Of a stretch of 10,681 bases of DNA, positions 1 through 7,736 are shown one piece after another; position 1 is the first letter of the stretch, and every line of letters starts with the position of its first letter. Below the pieces are notes generated by a model. The model was given only the letters and a program-made list of their open reading frames with translations, did not search any database and was not told the origin of the DNA. The position numbers and the translations under genes were made by a program. The stretch is from Octopus sinensis (lineage: Eukaryota). Location: contig NW_021827369.1 in assembly GCF_006345805.1 (NCBI RefSeq), positions 1-10,681 on the forward strand, written 5' to 3'.

Positions 1-106
1 TTTGATACTGATTTTCAATAGGCAGCTGAACAGTCACAGATGCTGAGAGCTGACACAGCGTCTTATTTTGAAGTAGAATATTCTCCTCTCCAGATACCCT
101 AACCAG

Positions 107-282
107 TCAGTCATGTGTAGCGGAAACAGAATCATGTCTACGGGTACGTGCATATCCACAGATTTGTCTCAGTTGTTTTATCCGGGATTTATTTGATTCA
201 GTTGCCCGCCTTTCTCTCTGCCATCGTGTCTTTGCAGCTAAATGTTCTTTTTCAGTCGCATACTTTCTTGAATTGCAAAATT
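107..282 (-). CDS. Candidate terminal exon or decayed coding remnant with an STPR-like 23-residue repeat (tentative)
   Basis: Stop-to-stop open frame 310..110 reads FRHYSNITLEFCNSRKYATEKEHLAAKTRWQRERRATESNKSRIKQLRQICGYARTRRHD-SVSATHD, with TGA at 109-107. Possible acceptor CACATTAG at 284-283 (phase 1). Unit ESNKSRIKQLRQICGYARTRRHD has the E1,S/T2,R6,L10,Y16,A17,R20 spacing I recall for STPR repeats. No start codon or upstream exon identified. Confidence 0.3.
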
Positions 283-1063
283 CTAATGTGATATTAGAGT
301 AATGACGAAATCAAACCTGTGTGTGTGTTTATATTAAAGAGACAGTGAGAGAGAGAAGGGGGAAAGAGAGAGAGAAGGGAAGTGAAAACATTGCAAAGAA
401 TGAATGAAATAAACATGAAATGAAAAAATCGTATAAATATAAGCTCGTTGAAAAGCTAACTTGTACCGAAAATCTAAATTTGTGAACTTGAAATATTCAA
501 TAACAAAAGGAAGTTCAGAAAGTAAATTTTCCTGAAAAATTAAATTTATTAAAAAATCTCTCTTGCTTAGTAAATATTTCTTTCAGCAATTTATCGTAAT
601 TCTGATATATCTCCAATTTAAACAAGATTCAATGTAGCCCAACTACATTTAGCGTGCTAGAAATAGCAGAGATCTCATAATTCCAAACAGCCATACCAAC
701 AAAATCACTTCTGAATTTTTTTTTTTAAAGTTATACCGATATATTAAAAATGTTCATTTCGCAAACTCCGGAAACTGATATTATTCTTGAAATTGTGTCT
801 CGTATCATACGCCTTAAAGTTATACAGCTATTTTGTCTAATAGCATTCATTCATTCAATAAATAATTTTTTTATGTACATAGAATAAACTGTGGGGTTTG
901 CATGTAGCAAATTAAAACTTGAAATAAAAACATTGAAATGAATATATATTAAATTAAATATAATTAATTATATTAAATTATCATTAATGAAAATAGAGGA
1001 TATTGTGAAAGGTCTGGTATGAGGCCCGGTGTTCTGAGTTCTTTTACAAGGTTTACGAAAACT

Positions 1064-1184
1064 GAAGGACCGCTGCAATAAGTTCATGAATCTGGGAGGG
1101 GGAAATGTTGAATAAAATCGTAATTAGCTAATTCTCCTGAATTTTCTTTTACCTAAAGCCATGAACTTTTCACCGCCCCTCGTA
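1064..1184. mobile_element. Mariner-type terminal inverted repeat, possibly a ~120-bp degenerate MITE
   Basis: Reverse complement of 1157-1184 is TACGAGGGGCGGTGAAAAGTTCATGGCT, a TACGAGGG...AAAAGT mariner-like end abutting a (TA)n run. A degenerate partner GAAGGACCGCTGCAATAAGTTCATGA at 1064-1089 shares AAGTTCATG. Confidence 0.5.
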
Positions 1185-1218
1185 TATATACATATATCTA
1201 TATATATATATATCTATT

Positions 1219-1258
<40 letters not shown>

Positions 1259-1273
1259 ATATATATATATATA

Positions 1274-1318
<45 letters not shown>

Positions 1319-1359
1319 TATATCTATATATATATGTATTGTATATATATATATCTATA
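1183..1359. repeat. Interrupted (TA)n microsatellite
   Basis: Directly visible dinucleotide run of about 175 bp with occasional TCTA interruptions. Confidence 0.97.
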
Positions 1360-1561
1360 TGGACCCCTCCTGTCAGGTGTCCCAGATGAACCAACTCATG
1401 GTAGGAGGTGCAGATGAGGGCAGCTGCATCAAACTCTCTCATGCACCAAATGTCAATTGCTAAAAAGCATTCGTGAGTAAAATCATGTTGCAACACCGAA
1501 TGACGGTAAACCAGCATTGGCCACAGCTCGTGAGCTGAAACTAGATATAAAATAAAATAAA
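1360..1561 (+). mobile_element. Probable 3' end of a non-LTR retroelement
   Basis: GC-richer 200-bp island between TA runs. It ends in a small stem-loop CAGCT-CGTG-AGCTG (1524-1537) followed by a (TAAAA)n tail (1548-1561). Resembles a repeat I recall from octopus DNA; family not assigned. Confidence 0.45.
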
Positions 1562-1921
1562 TATATATATATATATATGCATTTTATATGTACATACATA
1601 TATACATGCATACGTATATATTTATATATATGAATATATGTAAACATATATATAGGGATGGAGAGAAAGAGAGAGAGAGAGACAGACAGACAGAGACAGA
1701 GATAAAGGAAAAGAGATTCATTAGACTGAAAGCTTCCAATAGACATTCACGCTGAGCAATTGTTAAGATTAAAACAATTATATATCACACACACACACAC
1801 ACACGCATACACACACATACACAGACACACACACACATATCCAGACACATGCACACACATATCTGTACATACATAAATGTATATCTATGTATACATATAT
1901 GTACGTTTGTATGTATATATA
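1561..1921. repeat. Compound simple repeats: TA/CATA, GA/GACA, then (CA)n/TA
   Basis: Visible runs at about 1561-1652, 1656-1715 and 1780-1921, separated by a short unique stretch. Confidence 0.9.
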
Positions 1922-1954
1922 GAAAGAGAGGAGGGGAGAGAGGGTATACAGATT

Positions 1955-2470
1955 GGGGTGGTTGTTGATGGTGTTGGTGGTGGTGTTGGCGGTAGAGGTG
2001 TTGTTGTTGGTGGGGTGGGTCGTGTTAGTGGTGTTTGTGGTGGTAGTGGTAGTGTTGGCCATGGAGGTGCTAGTGGTGTGATGATGGTAATAGTGAATGT
2101 GGTGTGTGTGTGTGTGTGTGTATGTGTGTGGAGGTGTACAATAGTAGCAGTGGTTGTTGTGTGAGTGGTATTTGTGGTGGTAGTGATGATGATGATGATG
2201 CTGGTAATGGTGGTAGTGGGGTTGGCAGTGGCAGTGACGATGGTGATTGTTATCGTGTTAATGTTGTTGTTGTTGGTAGTGGTGACGGCGGCGGCGGCGG
2301 TGGAGGTGATGGTAGTGGTGGCGGTGTTGGTGAAGGTGGTGGTGGTGGTTGGTGGGGTGGTGGTGGTGTTGGTGGTGGTGGCAGTGGTGGTGGTGGTGGC
2401 AGTGGTGGTGGTGGTGGTGGTGGTGGTGGATGTGAAGGTGGTAGTGGTGTTGATGGTGGCGGGGAAACTG
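1955..2470. repeat. Cryptic (GGT/GTT/GAT/GGC)n trinucleotide low-complexity tract with embedded (GT)n
   Basis: Visible imperfect triplet repeats. It generates the Gly-, Val-, Thr- and His-rich ORFs in the supplied track. Confidence 0.95.
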
Positions 2471-2537
2471 GTATGATGACATATAATAGCGTGAAGCCAT
2501 TGGGAGAGCAAAAGAAAAAAAGAAAGGAACAACGAAA

Positions 2538-2538
2538 A

Positions 2539-2589
<51 letters not shown>
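2538..2589. repeat. (AAAG)n tetranucleotide microsatellite
   Basis: About 13 perfect units; a pure polypurine tract. Confidence 0.97.
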
Positions 2590-2947
2590 CACAGAAAGAA
2601 TACAGGGGATAGAATTAGAGTTAAGCGTGAATAGCTTCATGAATAAATAAAGCCATGAGCGACGTTTCTCTTGGCTAGACACAAATTTAGGTTTAAATGA
2701 GAACAGTTAAACAACGAATTAGACCGTAAAAATGGAATAGTCAGCAGTCTTATTTCATCAGGAATGGTTCTGTTCTGACAGCTGGGATCGGATGGAACCG
2801 GTAAATATTGATTTTTAAACAAATGGGTATACCTGAACAGAAATATATAGAGAACAACGAGCAGCTCTGTTACGCCGACCCAAAAGCCTGAATGGTATTA
2901 TATAAGCATTATATACACTCTGTGTGTGTGTGTGTGTTTGTGTGTAT

Positions 2948-3163
2948 ACTCTTTACTCTTTTATTTGTTTCAGTCATTTGACTGCGGCCATGCTGGAGCA
3001 CCTCCTTTAGTCGAGCAAATCGACTCCGGGACTTATTCTTTTGTAAGCCCAGTACTTATTCTATCGGTCTCTTTTGCCGAATCGCTAAGTGACGGAGACG
3101 TAAACACACCAGCATCGGTTGTCAAGCAATGCAAGGGGGACAAACACAGACACCAAATACACC

Positions 3164-3224
<61 letters not shown>

Positions 3225-3389
3225 TACGACAGGCTTCTTTCAGTTTCCGTCTACCAAATCGACTCACAAGGCATTGGTCGGCCCGGGGCTATAGCAGAAG
3301 ACACTTGCCCAAGATGCCACGCAGTGGGACTGAACCTGGAACCATGTGGTTTGTAAGCAAGCTACTTACCACACAGCCACTCCTGCGCC
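2948..3389 (-). mobile_element. Full-length tRNA-derived CORE-type SINE with internal (TA)n
   Basis: Minus-strand head GGCGCAGGAG-TGGCTGTGTGG (A box, 3379-3369) and GGTTCAGTCCC (B box, 3336-3326). CTTGGGCAAGTGTCTT resembles the CORE domain. Internal (TA)n at about 3168-3227. Tail (AAAGAGT)n-like at 2948-2962. Its 3' half recurs at 4900-5103. Confidence 0.88.
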
Positions 3390-3404
3390 TATGTGTAATT
3401 TTAA

Positions 3405-4101
3405 TACAGGGCCGAGAGGGCTACTTATAGTTTCAGGCTTTTATGATACTTTAATTAAGCATCTTTATAAAATATACCATGCACCCCCAGATAATCTTTT
3501 ATGCGTTATATATATTTTAAAAACAAGGTCGCTGAACAATGAGAAAATAAGTCAAGTAAAATACGTGAAGAAAATGGCGAAGAAGATCGATGCAAAAATG
3601 GAACGAGAAGAAGGAAACGAAACCAAGATCCCGGTACTCCCTGATTGTAGAAATCACAACTAATACAGTTGGTATGGAACAAAATAACAGAAAATGTATC
3701 AAAGTCTAAGAGACAGCAATTGAAATTTTAGCAGGTACAGCCATATGGACATGATTTGTGGAACTGGAGGACACCACCCGCTTCGGACTGATTTGCGCTA
3801 TCGCAAAGTTTGACATATTTTCTATTATTCTATTCCATACCGACTGCATGAATTGTGGTTTCTGCAATCAGGGAAGACGGCTAGCTTGGTTTTCTTCCTT
3901 TCGTTTCTTTCACATAATTCCATTTTTTGCATCAATCTTCTTAGCTCATTTTTTCTCGTTCTTTTCTCACTATCCAGCATCTTTGTTTGTAAATGCATAA
4001 ACAGAGCCTGAAAGATTGCTTGAAGATATGTGGTGCATTCTATAAATATATCTAAAGTACCATAAGAGCATGAAACTATTTGTAACTTTTTCGGTTTTGT
4101 G
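3405..4101. mobile_element. Old foldback / long-TIR non-autonomous DNA element, Tc1/mariner-like terminus
   Basis: Arms about 3405-3720 and 3790-4101 are imperfect inverted repeats: 3639-3703 vs 3809-3873 match 54/65, and 3427-3453 vs 4053-4079 match 24/27. Left end TACAGGG; the right end TTTTGTG differs from the expected CCCTGTA only by transitions. Confidence 0.7.
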
Positions 4102-4164
4102 TTTAATCGATAATTACCTCTCACCGTATGGAAAACTCTTTATATTTTTCTTGTTGATTTTACC

Positions 4165-4308
4165 TATATTGGATCTATCTATCTATCTATTTATATATCT
4201 ATCTATCTATCTGTCTGTCTGTCTGTCTGTCTGTCTGTCCGTTTGGCTGTCTGTCTATCTATCTATCAATCTATTATCTCTCTCTCTCTCTCCTCTCCTC
4301 TCTCTATA

Positions 4309-4353
<45 letters not shown>
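4165..4353. repeat. Compound microsatellite (TCTA)n-(TCTG)n-(TC)n-(TA)n
   Basis: Directly visible. Confidence 0.95.
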
Positions 4354-4354
<1 letters not shown>

Positions 4355-4559
4355 GCCTTCATTGCTGTTTTACTGAGATCTCCCTTTTTAGTAGAAAAAT
4401 AGCTATAACCCTTTGACTGCTATTTCTAATCGGTATGCGGATAAGGCAATCGTTGCTAAACCCTATTGCTTAGTATTATATATATATATTTATATATTAT
4501 ATATACACACCTAACACATACACAAATGCACACGTCAAGATCACCAGCCCTCTTTCACA

Positions 4560-4860
4560 CGCACATACGTACTCTTTTATACACACGCGCACCTTCGTTT
4601 TGGGATCACTACTATTTATTATCTCCCCTACTGCTTTGCTCTCCTGTATGACCCATCTGTCTGGCATTCGCCATGATAGATCGGTAGCCATTACACACAT
4701 TTTTTTCTCTCCTTGTTTCTTTCTGTGTTCTTTTCTATGGAAGAGCGTAGGCTCGAAACGTTAAAGACTTTTTCAATTTCCGAGCGTTATACTAATACAT
4801 ATGTTTGTTTTCTACACCATCTGTCTTCGAACGTCTTTTTTTTTCGTGAATTCTCCCCAT
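4560..4860 (+). mobile_element. Penelope-like element terminal fragment with degenerate hammerhead motif
   Basis: CTATGGA-A-GAGC-GTAG-GCTC-GAAA-CGTT at 4735-4762 followed by CCGAGCGTTATACTAATACA. Both motifs recur in the minus-strand copy at 9312-9435. The fragment ends at a (TA)n run. Family and left boundary are inferred. Confidence 0.55.
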
Positions 4861-4899
4861 ATATATATATATATTCGTGTGTGTGTGTGTGTGTATGTA

Positions 4900-5103
4900 T
4901 ATTTGTGTTTCTACTTGCCTTCCCATCCTATTGGTAACCCATGTTAGTTTGTTTACATCCTCGAAAATCACTGGTTCGGCAAAAAAGAGACCGATAGAAC
5001 GAATACCAGGTTTTAAAATAAATACTACGTCGGTTTGTTCGACTAAAACCATTCAAGGCGATACCCCAGCATGGCTGCAGTGGAACCATCAAAAAGTAAT
5101 AGA
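4900..5103 (+). mobile_element. Diverged 3' half of the same SINE family as 2948-3389
   Basis: Shares TTCGGCAAAA(AA)GAGACCGATAGAA, TCGACTAAA and CCAGCATGGC.GCAGT in the same order with the 3' half of the 2948-3389 element. The head is missing upstream of the TA/TG run. Confidence 0.85.
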
Positions 5104-5104
5104 T

Positions 5105-5128
5105 ATATACATATATAAATACACGCGT

Positions 5129-5161
<33 letters not shown>

Positions 5162-5177
5162 ACACACCACACACACA
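5105..5177. repeat. TA/(CA)n microsatellite
   Basis: Directly visible. Confidence 0.93.
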
Positions 5178-5446
5178 TGCATGCAGCTAAGAATGAATTA
5201 GCGTTTATGTGTGGGTAGCGTAGTATATTTGTGTTTTATCTGGATGTATCTTTATGCGTGTCTATGCGAATAAACCGGTTTCTCATTTTTTATTTTTCTG
5301 TCCAGTATACATATTTAGTATTTCCGGTTATAGGTTCTGTCTCTATCCAGCATTAAAAAATGTTGTCATGTTTAGCTTGCATCATTTTTAGACGCTCTTT
5401 CATTAAATAACAAAGATACATTCAATAGCTTATTTCTTAAAATAAA

Positions 5447-5447
<1 letters not shown>

Positions 5448-5488
<41 letters not shown>

Positions 5489-5510
5489 GTGTGTGCGTAT
5501 GTGTATGTAC

Positions 5511-5556
<46 letters not shown>
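5448..5556. repeat. Compound (TG)n-(GA)n-(TA)n microsatellite
   Basis: Directly visible. Confidence 0.93.
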
Positions 5557-5772
5557 AGCGAGATGACCACCTAGTGGACATCCAATATGCTAGATGTAGA
5601 CCCCATATGATCTGACCACTAAGAAAAGATTATTCTCAAGAAAATTCAGCAAACGCTCGCTTACGTTCTGGAGTTTGCTGAATTTTCTTGAGAACAATCT
5701 TTTCTTAGTGGTCAGACCATATGAGGTCTACATCTAGCATAATGGATGTTCACTTAGTGGTCATCCCCCTTA
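5555..5772. mobile_element. Palindromic MITE / foldback element with 100-bp arms and an 18-bp spacer
   Basis: 5555-5654 vs reverse complement of 5673-5772 match 91/100 with no gaps. Each arm has two copies of TGACCACTAAG (one degenerate). Ends are (A)TAA-GCGAG...CCCCC-TTA(C). Confidence 0.8.
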
Positions 5773-5884
5773 CATATGTGTAGCATAATCTTTCTGAATC
5801 TTCAGATCTTTGAATATGCTAGGCTACTGGTTTTAAATTGATATTAATCGAATTAATATTCAATTTTTCACTCTCCTTATTTAA

Positions 5885-5886
<2 letters not shown>

Positions 5887-5943
<57 letters not shown>
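5887..5943. repeat. (TA)n microsatellite
   Basis: Directly visible. Confidence 0.96.
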
Positions 5944-5944
<1 letters not shown>

Positions 5945-6218
5945 GTCAGCAGATGAGGTCGAGAGATGATCAATACGGAAAACACTTATAGCGCTCAAAT
6001 GATTTGAACTTAGATTCTGAAATCTTTAGCGAAGACTAAGTCCTTGGGGTAAGGAATGGCTATTAGTGGAATCCGAGTGAGCAGATATGGAGATAAGGAA
6101 GCAAATAAACAAATAAAACCGCATGGGCTAGATATATAAGATATACATACATATCTACATGCAAATAGTGCGAAAGCAAAGACAGAAAATATTCAATCGA
6201 AGAACATTTATGTATAAA

Positions 6219-6598
6219 CTAGCAGTATCGCCCGGCGTTGCTCGGGTTTGTAAGGGAAATAACTTTAAAGCATTTTTAGAGAGTTATAGCCAAAAAATAG
6301 CAAAAAAATGGGAAAAAAATGATGGTAAATTTTTTTGAGAGTTAAAAAGGTCGAGTTGCGTCCCCTAGACAGTCTGTGGTTTGTGTTTCTGATTCTCGAC
6401 TCCATGTCGAATTTATCGATTTTTTTCAGAACTAGGGGAACTTTTCAAAATTTTCGCTGCGTTATTGAATTATGACATTGGGCTATGTGTGTGTCAAGTT
6501 TCATCAGAATCGGTTGAAAGCCGTGGTCAGGGTGAGGGTACAACCTAACAGACACACAGACACGCAGACAGACAAACTGCCGTTTATATATAGAGAGA
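6219..6598 (-). mobile_element. Complete 380-bp non-autonomous Helitron (Lep1-like architecture)
   Basis: On the minus strand it starts A|TC at 6598 and ends CTAG|T at 6219 (A-T target, no TSD). A 16-nt GC-rich hairpin CCCGAGCAACGCCGGG (6246-6231) lies 8 nt before CTAG, with a TCTG-type microsatellite near the 5' end. These are the established Helitron hallmarks. Confidence 0.85.
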
Positions 6599-6863
6599 TG
6601 TTTGTATATCAACAGAACGCACCTATACAGAATAGAAGGACGCAAAAAGTAATGGGGAGAGAATAAGGTATTTCAGGTCCGACAGCTGTTTCTGGGGACT
6701 CGGAAATACGTCTTAGATTTTGACACTTTGTACTCAGTGTATTTACGCATAAATGTTCATCGACCGACTATTTTCAGTCTTTGCTTTCGCTCTATTTACA
6801 TCTCGATATGGATGTACATTTTGTACATCTTACCCAAGCTGTTTTATTTATACGTAACTATAC

Positions 6864-6957
6864 CTCTCTCTGTCTCTTTCGCTCTCCCTCTCCCTCCCTC
6901 TCTTTCCCTCCCTATCTTTCTCTCTCCTTCTCTCTCTCTCTCTATATATATATATTA

Positions 6958-6996
<39 letters not shown>

Positions 6997-7062
6997 GTGT
7001 GTGTGTGCATGTATGTGTACATGTGTATGTATTTGTGTGTGTACGTACGTACGCATGTGTGT
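6864..7062. repeat. Compound (TC)n-(TA)n-(TG/TATG)n microsatellite
   Basis: Directly visible. Confidence 0.93.
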
Positions 7063-7299
7063 ATCGCCAGAAATATCATATTTGATACTTAGTCTATGTC
7101 TTAGACACTGATAGCAAAAATATGATATAAGATCAGATTAAATATGTCTATAAGGAGTGACCAGTTAAGAAAATATATCTTAATTTTATGACAATGTGAC
7201 CAATTAATATTGATAGAAATAGCCGTTATTTTTACGACAAGGACGTTTAAATATTGATATTTCACCATCTTTGCACGAAGCCAAAAGTCTGTGGAGTGT

Positions 7300-7405
7300 A
7301 GCCAATTGAATCAAACCCTTAGTACATGATTGGCACGTGTATTATCGATCTGAGAGAAAATGAAAGGAAAAGTCGGCTCTGGAGGGGGACTTGAACACAG
7401 AATTA
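7300..7405 (-). mobile_element. Heavily decayed central fragment of the SINE family at 9776-10005
   Basis: TTATCGATCTGAGAGAAAATGAAAGGAAAAGTCGGCTCTGGAGGGGGACTTGAACACAGAA is collinear with TTATCGACCCCGAAAGAATGAAAGGCAAAGTCGACCTCGGCGGAATTTGAACTCACAA at about 9880-9938. Confidence 0.65.
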
Positions 7406-7702
7406 AGAAACTATATACTGGAAGGAATTTAGTCAGAAACTCAGCCGCTTCTCTGTTACCAATATTAATGGAATTATAATGATTTCTTACAGTAGTATGA
7501 AGCCATTTATTTTTGATGTGGTTGAATCGATTTCTGTGTGTCTGTATAAAGCTACTTGTCTTGTCAGCTTGTAGGAAATAGCAGCAAAATATCCCTCATA
7601 TGATATATAGTAATACTATATCTGACATTATATACAGAAAACCTCCAGATTACTTGGTAACAGTTGGATCGCTTGTGATTATAGGTCTTCAAAATCAGGG
7701 CT

Positions 7703-7736
7703 GATAAATTATATATCAATTGATCTATAATTTATC
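7703..7736. repeat. 34-bp spacerless AT-rich palindrome
   Basis: GATAAATTATATATCAATTGATCTATAATTTATC; 16 of 17 pairs are complementary, with one mismatch at 7714/7725. Confidence 0.9.

Noticed and set aside
22-143. Possible plus-strand exon(s) using AG at 20-21 or 92-93 and GTACGT at 144
   Set aside because: Peptides are unrecognisable and short splice-like words are common. Cannot be supported.
143-214. ERRATESNKSRIKQLRQI resembling a HAND-type bHLH basic-helix 1
   Set aside because: The conserved Asn and Phe are missing and there is no loop or helix 2. The STPR-like spacing fits better.
1161-1517. ORFs with (IY)n runs, here and at 3033-3430, 4070-4402 and 6781-7092
   Set aside because: Translations of (TA)n and related microsatellites.
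2104-2634. 176-aa Gly-rich ORF with a KKER-repeat tail, plus overlapping Thr-, Val- and His-rich ORFs
   Set aside because: All frames stay open because of (GGT)n, (GT)n and (AAAG)n repeats. No splice or domain evidence.
2637-2890. Minus-strand 61-aa ORF and possible splice sites near 2830-2890
   Set aside because: No recognisable domain, a non-ATG start and ambiguous splice signals.
3320-3389. tRNA gene (also the heads at 8740-8800 and 9925-10005)
   Set aside because: A and B boxes are present, but they continue into SINE bodies with no complete cloverleaf or Pol III terminator.
3346-4124. Two opposite-strand ORFs both containing PDCRNHN with synonymous differences
   Set aside because: Explained by the DNA inverted repeat. 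The following codons differ non-synonymously or are stops, so selection on protein is not supported.
5948-5982. Hammerhead-like CAGATGA-GGTC...GATC-AATACG-GAAA
   Set aside because: Six extra bases separate the stem from GAAA and the core is altered, so the geometry does not fit.
6811-6829. Short hairpins GATGTACA-TTT-TGTACATC and TATGAGA-TGTT-TCTCATA (7876-7893)
   Set aside because: 7-8 bp stems are expected by chance in 10 kb of AT-rich DNA.
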